Source: Wallemia ichthyophaga EXF-994 (Eukaryota; Fungi; Basidiomycota). Taken from it: 32,000 nt of DNA. A program made the translations under genes and the position numbers. This document shows, one piece after another, positions 10,438 through 19,918 of the stretch. The DNA is taken from contig NW_008806287.1 in the NCBI RefSeq assembly GCF_000400465.1, positions 270,001 to 302,000 on the forward strand, read 5' to 3'. Position 1 is the first letter of the stretch; each line of letters starts with the position of its first letter. The notes below the pieces were generated by a model. The model worked only from the letters and a program-made list of their open reading frames with translations. It was not told the DNA's origin and made no database searches.

Positions 10438-13081
10438 ATGAGCGAGATGAGCGAGATGAATGATATAAAAAAGCGTAAAATAACTCGAGCATGTGATATC
10501 TGCAGGAGAAAGAAGATTAAGTGTGATGGACCAATCAAAGCCGAGAATAATGAAAAGTGTTCAAATTGCGATAACTTCAATTTCACTTGCACGTATCTAG
10601 AGGCAGCTAAGAGGAAAGGACCCCCAAAAGGATATATAGAATCACTTGAGAATAGAAACCTTAGGCTAGAATTGCTGTTTAATAGAATGTTGCCTGGTTT
10701 CGATTTGAATTCTCAAGTTGGTCCACCAATTAATCGCGATTCATTTGAATCTGGCTGTGAATCTGATACCTCGAGGTGGAATAAGAATAGAATTCAATTA
10801 CCTGCACTTAAATTAGAAAACACCAACTTAAACTCCCTTCCCTCTCCATCCTCTTCCTCCTCATCCGACCATTTAGAAGAACGAATGCAACAGATATCCA
10901 TCTCTCATCAATGTAAAGACAATACTCGCTACATTGGTAAATCAAGCTCTGTCTACTTGATGGCTGCCCTTGATGAATACAGCCACAACAACTATGACAT
11001 CATGGACACAGACCGCAGACCCGAGTTTTGGAAGGACAGGGAGTGGTCTATTGAAGAGGGGAACGATCCCGCACCTCTCCCGTACTCCCCTGACGAGCTT
11101 CCTCCCGACGATCTCCTCCTCCACCTCGCAAATATCTTCTTTGATCGCCTCAACGTCTACTTCCCTGTCCTCCACAAGTCCTCTTTTCTTTATAACCTAC
11201 AAAACAACACCCACGACCCCAAATTCGGTGCCATCGTCTTCCTCCTTTGTGCCACTGCCTCGAGGTATTCGAATGACCCCAGAGTTGTCCCCGACGACGA
11301 CAAGGATGAGCAGGGAAATGTCAAGAACTGGCGATTTGCCGGCAACTCCTTTTTCATCAAGTTCAAGACTCACTGTCGCAGATTTCTATTGACTGCAGCC
11401 ACACTACAAGACCTCCAACTGATTATTCTCATGATTGTGTATTTGCAAGGTGGTCCATTTAGTCCTGCCTGCTGGGCAATATCCAGTATAGGGTTGGTGT
11501 TAGCCCAAGTGAGTTTAATGATGAGTCACAATGATAAGCGCCACTAATACCACAACACAGGACATAGGTTTCCACCGAAAGAGACCGCAGGGTGATGGAC
11601 TGCACGACGAGCTACGCAAGCGAGCGTTCTGGTGTTTGTACATACTCGACAAGCAGCTCTCAGCGATGTTAGGGCGGCCGAGCACACTACACGACGAGGA
11701 CATCGACGTAGACGAGCCATCAGTGCTCCCCGACGAGATGGACACTTCCATGCAACTGAGTGTACTACATTTCAACAAGCTCATTGCGCTAGTCGCGATA
11801 CTCGGCGAGGTGCTGCGAACAGTGTACGTCGTCAACAAGCGTCGGCGGCCAGGTAGTGGTGGAGCGGGAGGAGGTGGGCTCTCCGAAGCGCAGCGAACGC
11901 TGATGGATGTCGCAGCGCTCGACTCTAAACTGCACAAATGGCTAGACGATATGCCCCCAGAGCTGAGCTGGGATGCTAGCTGCACGGATTCGCTCACTTT
12001 CAACTACATGTGCATCCTCCAGACTACCTATTACGTAGTGCAGATATACATTCATCGCCCCTTCATAGCTACTCCTAGACGCCCCTCCCCGCTTAGCTAT
12101 CCCAGTCTCGCTATCTGCACGAATGCGGCGAGATCCTGCATTCACGTTCTCGATCACCTCCAGACACGCAGTAATGACGTGCTGTATATGGATAGCTGGA
12201 TAGGCATGGGCAGCTTCACCTCCTCCGTTATTCTCATCGTGTCTGCGTGCGAGGGTAGACGGAATGGCGAAACACATTCGAACATAAACTCGAACACAAA
12301 CCCACACCATCACACACCCGAAATGAAAGACATCGATATGGGCATCGCCGTCGTGCGTAAACTAGAAGACCGCCACTTACATGCAGGCAGAGCGCACGAC
12401 GTGCTGCGCAAACTCAGGAGCAGGATTGATTCTATCCCCGTTAACGCTGGAGATGCAAAGGATGCTGGGCGTGGTGATTGCTCTGCGAGTGTCAGCCCAT
12501 CGACCACCACTAGCACTGGCACTGGCGAAGGCGATGGGAAGCAACGGCGGAAGATTGCCAAGAAACCTAGTCACTTTGGGCAGGGTGCGCGGGGTGGGCA
12601 TGGAAACACAATCAACCACGCCAACCACCCTAGCCCTAATTACCACAACCTAGCTAGCCTTCCCATTTGCACAAATGACCTTGCTAATCACAACTTTTAC
12701 CCCACGCCAACTCCACCCACTGCAAGTCCTGCATGTGGCGGGTTCGAGTTTGACCCGATCCAGTTGGAAGCTTACTCGGAGGCGCAGACAAAAGCACAAG
12801 TACAATTACAAATACAACCACAACCACAAATACAAACTCAATCACAACCACACCCACACTCACTTGCGGGATTGCATAGTGAGTATAACATGCTCGAGAT
12901 GGACCGCATTCCACCTTACACAAACACACCAACCTACGATGGATACTCTGCCTACCCACACTATCTACTCGATGACATGTTTCCAGCACCTCAACGAGAG
13001 CAGGATCTCTGGTCGATGCTTCCAAACTCGACATACAACCCCAATTCGGAAGACTGGGCAACGTTTTTCAAATACACATGA
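10438..13081 (+). CDS. Zn(II)2Cys6 binuclear-cluster transcription factor with fungal middle homology region; one intron 11509-11560
   Basis: RACDICRRKKIKCDG...KCSNCDNFNFTCTY (6 Cys), KRKGPPKGYIESLE, FFDRLNVYFPVLHKSSFL and ELRKRAFWCLYILDKQLSAMLGRP. The intron (GTGAGT...CAG, 52 nt) joins ORFs 10417 and 11531 in frame. Confidence 0.93.
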
Positions 13082-13135
13082 AAATTGCATAAATATTGTA
13101 GACTGTATAACATAATTCTGAACACGTACTATCCA

Positions 13136-14017
13136 TCAATGCTGCCTTGATCTCTTTGCCAATCGGGGATCTTCAGCAGGGGGACTACGATGACCACTGC
13201 CACCACCGCTGCTCATATGAGGGAGGGGAGGTCTACCGCCCATCATCATCTGCTGCATCATAGCGGGGTTCATAGGCATTCCCATCATATTAGGCATACC
13301 CATCATTCCCGGCGGTTTGCTGTTATGGTGATTGTGGTGCGCGGGACCAGAAGGCGGTGGGCGGGAAGTACCTCTAGGTCTATAAGAGCCTCTCGACAGC
13401 TGTTGATTCTGATAAGCCAGGTTAGCGTTTTTTCCGCTGTTCTCTTTAGGAATGGTTTTGAATGGGTTTCCATTAACGCATTGTGTGTGCTGGACCTGCA
13501 TGCGTTTATCCTGAAAGTCGTGCGTATCGAACCACCTCTTGATCAATTCTGCCGCGTCGCGTGAGGGCACCTCCACATATGCGGTGCCCTTGCTCTTCCC
13601 GTTGACTTTGTGTTCCGCGAATGCGATATCCTGGTAACGGATACGGAAACCGAGATCATCCAACGCAGCCATCAGATCCTCGTCTTTCGTGTGCCAGTGC
13701 AGCTCGTTGAACATGAGTGCTGCGCCTGGCTTGTAGTTGTAGGGGAGCGCCTCTGAGCGGAAGACAGGCGTGCTGGTGATGACGGTGGGCAGTATCTCCT
13801 TCTGCGCATCTGCACGCGCTTGCTTCCTCTCTTGCTCGCGAAGCTCCTCTTCCACCTGCACCTGCACCTGCACCTGCTGCTGCTGCTGCTCGTTGCTCGT
13901 GCTACTGCTGTCTGCCGCTGGATTATCTTCAAATACACCGGGCTTCGCGTCTTCTAGTCCACCGTATATATCTCCAGCCTCGCCGTAGATGTCTATATCC
14001 TCTGTACCTGTGTCCAT
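13136..14017 (-). CDS. RRM protein resembling cleavage factor Im large subunit (CFIm68/CPSF6; Rbp35-like)
   Basis: N-terminal EDIDIYG (CPSF6 begins DHIDIY), RRM with LHWHTKDEDL and FAEHKVNGKSKGTAYVE (CPSF6-type ExxxNGxSKG), then Pro/Met/Gly-rich tail. Intronless. Confidence 0.75.
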   Translation of the reverse strand: MDTGTEDIDIYGEAGDIYGGLEDAKPGVFEDNPAADSSSTSNEQQQQQVQVQVQVEEELREQERKQARADAQKEILPTVITSTPVFRSEALPYNYKPGAALMFNELHWHTKDEDLMAALDDLGFRIRYQDIAFAEHKVNGKSKGTAYVEVPSRDAAELIKRWFDTHDFQDKRMQVQHTQCVNGNPFKTIPKENSGKNANLAYQNQQLSRGSYRPRGTSRPPPSGPAHHNHHNSKPPGMMGMPNMMGMPMNPAMMQQMMMGGRPPLPHMSSGGGSGHRSPPAEDPRLAKRSRQH

Positions 14018-14081
14018 TATATTGTTCACTGTTCACGTCCAAGAGATAAAAATACTAGATAAATATTCCTTATTTACTCAA

Positions 14082-16211
14082 ATGCCTCCGAGAACTCGCG
14101 CTTCGAGTAAACGCACTGGGAGTACTGCCTCCAGCTCCAGCCTTGGTGGCACACGACCGCTATCTTTCGGCGGTGAGAACAACGCGTCCATCACCAGCTT
14201 CCTCAAGCCACAGACGGCAAATTCCAGCAGAAGTCTCTCTGTAAAGTCTACGATGGTTGATGAGGAGTTTGGTGGCGGTGGTGGCAGTGGCGGCAGTGGC
14301 GGTGGCAGTGGTAACGGCAGTCGCAGTGGCAGTATCAGCGGCAGCCACACCCACGCCTCGCTCTGGTCAGATGCTTACGCTCCCACTTCCCTCGACCAGC
14401 TCGCAGTCCACACACGCAAGGTGGCCGATATCCGTCGCTGGCTCGCAGAAGCGACGAGTGACACGCGCACTAGCAAATACAGGAAAGTACTCGTCCTCAC
14501 TGGTACAGCTGGCTGCGGCAAGTCCACCACCGTCAAGTTGCTAGCCCAAGACATGGGTCTTGGTGTAGAGGAGTACCTCAACAGCTCCACCTACCGCTTC
14601 CCGGGCGACGAGTATGGTTGTGGGGTTGCACCCAGTAAACATTTTGCAACGTATCTGGGTAAGGCTGCTACATACCGCCCACTCTCCTTCAACAGCACAA
14701 GTAGAAAATCACACCCATCACACCAGCTTATCCTCGTCGAAGATCTCCCGAACGTGCTCGAAACGCACACGCGCGAAGCTACACACCAGGCGTTGCGCAC
14801 ACACTGCCTCGCTGCGCAAACACGCAACACACCCCTCGTTATAATTGTCTCAGACACCGGCACACGAGGCACGGGCGGGAGTGCGGATGACGTAGGTCCT
14901 TCGCTCGGCACCCCCAAACAGGTCATAGACGCGCGTTTAGTCGTCCCAACCGATATCCTCGACGGCCCTTACTGCCAGACTGTTCACTTTAATCCACTCG
15001 CTAGGACCTTCCTCACCAAGTCCCTCAGTGCTTTGCTCGAGAGGCACGCACGCTGCACGCAAGTGGGAGCAGACTCCACCACCCGCTATCAGCGCCCGCA
15101 CGACGAAGCTCTCCATCTCGTCGTAGAATCTAGCAATGGCGATATACGTTCAGCTGTGAACACGCTCCAGATGCTCTCACAGTGTGCTCTGCCTGGGGGT
15201 GGTGGGAGTAAGGGTGTGAGTGGAAATAAGAGTGAGGGTAAACGCCGACGCAAAAACCATGTAAGCATGAGCATGAGCGACGGCACGCGTTCAGAGATGC
15301 ACGCGTCGCTATCGACGCTAGCCCGACGAGAGACCTCGCTCAATCTATTCCACTCGCTGGCTAAAGTTCTGCGCAACAAGCGGCATGGCTTTGACGATGG
15401 GTTGAGTGAATATGAGTGTGAGTGTGAGCACATGCCCGCCACCTTGCCTATACCCTTGCACATGCACAATCGCAGCAAGCCACGCTCTCACGTCAACCCC
15501 ACCGCCCTCTACCAGGATATACCCGTCGATGTAGACACTTTCCTCCTCTTCCTCGCACATAACTACCCCGCATACTGCGCAGACTGTGACCAGGCGGAGA
15601 ATGTAGCAGAGGCACTATCTGCGGCGGACAGCATGGGCTCACACTCGTTTTCATCCTCACTCTCGAACAACACCTCATCTTCCAACTCGAGCTCACTCGC
15701 ACTCTCCAACACATTTGAATACGCCGTGCGAGCCACCCTCGACACCCTCCCGACACCATCCCTCAAGCGCAGCCAGAAGATGCGCAAACCGGCCCATTTC
15801 CTCGCGCGACAGGTTCACAGAGAGCGTGCAGAGAGGGTACGCGACGTCGCCAGGCAGTCTGTCACACTCGCGGGACAGGCTGATTTACACGCTGTCGAGG
15901 TAGATGTCCTGCCTATGCTCAAGCAAATCTGGCCAGTCACAAGCGTGGAGCCGTCTCTAAACAGCTGGCTCGCGTACGGCGATAAACGCTTCGATTCCCT
16001 TACGGCGGATATCCTAGGCGAGAATGAATACGAGACCGATCTGGATCTGGAAGAGGACAACGCCCATACTTTACGTCAACCACACACTAATACCGCCACC
16101 CAGTCGGATAAATGGCTTTCCCTTAAAGATGCCCTAGGAGCTGTTGATCTTGTTGAACACGACAACGTCTACGATGTCGATGAGGAGATTGAACAGTTTT
16201 CTGATATATAA
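14082..16211 (+). CDS. RAD17: Checkpoint clamp-loader subunit Rad17/Rad24 (RFC-like AAA+)
   Basis: LWSDAYAPTSLDQLAVHTRKV, Walker A GTAGCGKST, TYRPL at the KYxxL position, ILVEDLP, SNGDIRSAVNTLQ, LFHSLAKVL and acidic tail EEIEQFSD. Intronless, with a Gly/Ser repeat at about 14274-14345. Confidence 0.92.
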   Translation: MPPRTRASSKRTGSTASSSSLGGTRPLSFGGENNASITSFLKPQTANSSRSLSVKSTMVDEEFGGGGGSGGSGGGSGNGSRSGSISGSHTHASLWSDAYAPTSLDQLAVHTRKVADIRRWLAEATSDTRTSKYRKVLVLTGTAGCGKSTTVKLLAQDMGLGVEEYLNSSTYRFPGDEYGCGVAPSKHFATYLGKAATYRPLSFNSTSRKSHPSHQLILVEDLPNVLETHTREATHQALRTHCLAAQTRNTPLVIIVSDTGTRGTGGSADDVGPSLGTPKQVIDARLVVPTDILDGPYCQTVHFNPLARTFLTKSLSALLERHARCTQVGADSTTRYQRPHDEALHLVVESSNGDIRSAVNTLQMLSQCALPGGGGSKGVSGNKSEGKRRRKNHVSMSMSDGTRSEMHASLSTLARRETSLNLFHSLAKVLRNKRHGFDDGLSEYECECEHMPATLPIPLHMHNRSKPRSHVNPTALYQDIPVDVDTFLLFLAHNYPAYCADCDQAENVAEALSAADSMGSHSFSSSLSNNTSSSNSSSLALSNTFEYAVRATLDTLPTPSLKRSQKMRKPAHFLARQVHRERAERVRDVARQSVTLAGQADLHAVEVDVLPMLKQIWPVTSVEPSLNSWLAYGDKRFDSLTADILGENEYETDLDLEEDNAHTLRQPHTNTATQSDKWLSLKDALGAVDLVEHDNVYDVDEEIEQFSDI

Positions 16212-16415
16212 TGCATTATGTTATACCTTGCATATCTTGCACACCTTGTACACGCTTACACACTCTCAAATCAACAATTGTCCATTATGCATTAAAATTA
16301 TTGTCCTCAAAGGAACCCTAGTGTATAAAAGATGATTAAATGGGTTGTTAGCCGGATTAAAAAGCACGGTTTCACTCAAAGTGCACGGTAGAAATCGACA
16401 CTAATCACGCGTAAT

Positions 16416-17737
16416 TTACGCGCTAAAGACCTGTCCTTGGTTGTTATCAGTGCAACGCTCGAAGCTGATATAACCGTAGTTGTCGTTGAGACAAAGACCA
16501 CCATCGTGAGCGATTCTATCGTCATCCGTGAAGTAGAGTTGTTGGTTAGGTTGGTTGTCGTAGCACGTGTAGATCTTGCCCTCGTTGTTGCCTGCGTCGA
16601 TGCAGTAATTGTTGTCTGGACCGAATCTGATGAGAGATGGACCACCGCGTCTGATAGACCACTTTGGAGCATCTTCGCAGTCGACGGCAGCGAGAGGAGC
16701 ATTGTTGGCGGGCTCACTGCCCAAACCAAGGCATTGCGCACCACCAGCTGCGTGGAGGTATAAGTCGTAGCGAACGTCGTTCAATGCTACTGGAGTTGGA
16801 GCGGCCATGTAGTTAACGCTTGGGGTTGAGATATCGATGCCATTCGAAGGGGATGGAGCGGGTGAGCAGTTGGACACAGCTGGTGTGGTAGCTGGGCCTG
16901 ATGGAGTGACTGTAGTGCCAACAGTGTATGAAGTCACCGAGCCGTCTCCACCTGTGTAGCTACCCTCGTAGTGCTGTCTGAAAGTAGAGTAGCTGCCGTC
17001 ATCCTGTGGATAAACGCCTGGAGGGAATCCAGCATCAGCGTCGCAGTTTTCAAACTCGCCCTCGTTGTAGGCTCCCTCCATTGGCATCACGAATCCACAA
17101 CCCATCTCGTCCAGCTTGTGCTCGCACCATGTGGCCGTGTTCCATCCGTCTACTGGCTCATTGGTGCAGACGCGTGCGCAGAATATATCGCTCGAGATGA
17201 AACTCATCCACTCCTCATACGACTGCTCCTGACCATCGAGCACGGCTGTGACATTGCCCCCAACGGGGTTTCCCTCGCCCGTTGCGCCGTGAGGGTCGAG
17301 CTCACCACCCGCGTCACCATCGAGGACATTCACCTTGGTGAAGTCACCCTGCGCTGTGATCTGCACGAAGGCTGGTGTCTTCTGGTAGTGTACACTTGTT
17401 ATAGTCCCGTCGGGAATCAAACGCGCGTTGTTGCGTGGTTTCGTGCACCACGCTACTACCTCTGCTTCAACGTTGCCTGTCGTGTCGTTAGCACGTGCTG
17501 TCCTGCGTCTCCGCCTGAGTTTCGTGTCCACTCACCTATCGGCTCACCGTAGCTCGGTGGCGCGTACAAGCAGAAGTCATCCGCGCTGTTTAGCGACATG
17601 AGTCGCGCGTTCGAGTCTTGATTGATGGCCGTTTCCATCGTCGGCATCGGGTTTGTGGGCCCCATCGTTCCAGTTGGGAAGATGTGCGCCTGGGTGCTTG
17701 CCAGTGTAGCGAGTGAAATAAGCGCGACGTTCAGCAT
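16416..17737 (-). CDS. Secreted MP88-like (basidiomycete mannoprotein/'macrophage activating glycoprotein') domain plus C-terminal ricin-B lectin domain; one intron 17535-17477
   Basis: Signal peptide [17 protein letters not shown], then NSADDFCLYAPP, EAEVVAWCTKPRNNARLIPDGT, GGELDPHGATGEGNPVGG and EEWMSFIS..FCARVC (recalled MP88 family motifs). Tail with three Cys-pair repeats (QCL..C, YCID..C..NQQ, LCL..C..QVF) typical of a beta-trefoil. Confidence 0.8.
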
Positions 17738-17879
17738 CGTGTTTTTAGCGGTGGTGATCGTTGGTTTTTGACGAAAAACGCGCTACTTCCGTGGCTATTT
17801 ATCTCAGTTACAAGGGCGGTAGTACTAAAAAAAAAAAGCGTTCCTGTGCTAGGGAAAGCTGTGCTATCGGAGTCATAAA

Positions 17880-19737
17880 TCAGCAGTCAATCCAAATCCA
17901 GTCGTCGTCGTTCGTCGTGCACGCGTCCTTCCACCCCTTTCCATATCCGAGCTTGGCGCCCAGAAGACCGATTACATTCCGCGCAGCTACCGTTTCCGAT
18001 TCCATCGTGCTGTGAGTGTGGAGTATGTCAGCATAGCATTGCGTACCTATTCCTATACCCATCATACGTACGAAAGGACGGGCTCTGTGGGCGGGTGACA
18101 TCAGCCATCATAAAATATCACACAATATCAATTGGACAAACCCACCCATAGCATTTATATAGAACACCCCGTCGTCTACCTCGAACGGTGGAAGACTGCT
18201 GGCATTCTCAGGCTGGAGATATGGATATGCCTTGAACACATGCCTGTGGGTCCAGCCTACGTTTTGACTTCCCCCGAATAACACGTGCAGGTCTTGATCG
18301 CCCCAAGCGGATGGCGATTCTGAGAAGATCTTGACTATCCACTCGTCATCGACATCGACATCGTCGTCCTTACTACCCTTTCTTGCCTGCTGCACGTAGT
18401 TAACACTGTTCAACTCAAGTTGACTCGTTTTTCCTGTGTGCCTTGCCAGCGCATCAGTGGTAAGTATCATGCTTGGCGGGTGGCTGGGCAACCCCCTGAG
18501 AGCGTCACGCGCATATGTCGACGCGTTCGTCGCCACCAGGGTAACGTACAGGTCAACGTACGGTACCCGAAACAAAGGCAGGGGGGTAGCGAATATAACG
18601 TAGTCGTACAGACGCTCAACGTGCTCGCCATCACCTAAATACAGCTGCCATAGCCCGCTGCTCGTTCTGCGAATATCGCCAACCTCACACCCGAAATAGA
18701 CAGTAGCGTTCGAGTGTTCTAGAAATCTCTGAAACACACGCCAATTACCGCCGTCAACTGCCTGCGAGATTAGAGAGGTTTTTCAGCTACTGTTTCACTC
18801 TGCACGTAAAAAAGCCCCTACCATGCCATCATTGCCTGCCATGCTGACGAGTGCACCGAGAGCATGGATGGAGTCGATGTTTTGCCCGTAGTTGACACGG
18901 GTAGCTGCATCAACCACCTCGCTGGCGAAGCGTGAGTTATGGAAGTGGGTCAGACCGCTCTCCTCGACCAGTCCATCAAGGCCCAAGTCTGCTACCAAGT
19001 CTTTGGGGTGCTCCCAAGGGCCGTGGTTGCGGAGAAATTTTGCATCGTAAAGCTGTAAGAACTTTTCCATGGCTTGCTTGACCTACGTTGTTTTGGGTTG
19101 TGTTGTGTGAGATGTATATTGTTTGTCTGGGCACCACACTCACGTGTATTTGTACCGTGCGAGGTGCCGTATATCCATATCTGATTGGCATTAACACTTA
19201 GAGTGTGTTATTGAATGGAAAAACACACCAACCTCCACAGTAATTTGACGTAATTCCAATATGTCCACTCACTCGACTCGAAGACAAAGGAGTCGCCGTC
19301 ATAGATCCCGAATGAGCCAATATCGGTATCAGCGAGATTGTAGTCGAATTCCCTCACAGCCTTGACCATGTTCTGTGGGTGTGAGAGTGTGAGTGAGTGT
19401 GTACACCGCTAAGCAGCTAGCCACCTTATTGGCACCGACGAATATACTAGCACCCAGCTCAATGGGGCTGTAGCTGCTGTCGTTGTATGGCGTCACCGTT
19501 CTTGATCCTGTATATAGGAGATTGAGCGGGTAACAAATGAATACACAGCTACTAACTTCCACCCGCCTGATAACGCTTCTCAAACACATCTATATCGATA
19601 ATATCTCCATTCTGCCTCGCCGCCTTTGTAAGGTAGTACGCTGCAGATGATCCACCAGCGCCTGCGCCGACAATAGCGATGCGAATGGCGTGTGTATATG
19701 CCATAAAACACAGTGTAATAAGCCCTAGGATCTTCAT
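17880..19737 (-). CDS. Prenylcysteine oxidase/lyase (PCYOX1-like FAD enzyme), multi-intron
   Basis: Signal/anchor then IAIVGAGAGGSSAAYYL, IELGASIFVGAN, EVVDAATRVNYGQN, PYVDLYVTLVAT and spliced C-terminus YINAM|EPVLS|TMESETVAARNVIGLL. A 13-nt exon lies at 18072-18084. Confidence 0.88.
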
Positions 19738-19807
19738 ATCTGCTAATCGTTTGGTGGTGGTTGAGTTGATGACGTAGATTGCAGTTAAATTAGGCAGAAA
19801 CGCAGGT

Positions 19808-19887
19808 GACGCGTGTAATACAAACAAATTATATCCAATATGTATGCTTTTGCTGCATATTTAAATATTTTCCCAAAAAAACGCGTC
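19808..19887. promoter_or_regulatory. Two MCB-like (ACGCGT) elements in the PCYOX/ASE1 divergent promoter
   Basis: GACGCGT at 19808-19814 and ACGCGTC at 19881-19887, 32-111 bp upstream of the ASE1 ATG. Confidence 0.4.
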
Positions 19888-19918
19888 GAGTTTATTCCGT
19901 TTGCGTGTTGTTTGCGTA

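Noticed and set aside
10438-13081. The Zn2Cys6 factor as dedicated regulator of the MFS/PhyH genes
   Set aside because: It is separated from them by GLE1, and I found no convincing paired CGG sites in those promoters.
16971-17552. Long antisense ORFs, e.g. 193 aa opposite the MP88-like gene, 256 aa at 21288-22058, 200 aa at 20164-20766, 162 aa at 11515-12003
   Set aside because: These are shadow frames of GC-rich coding sequence with no recognisable motifs; the opposite strand has clear family signatures.
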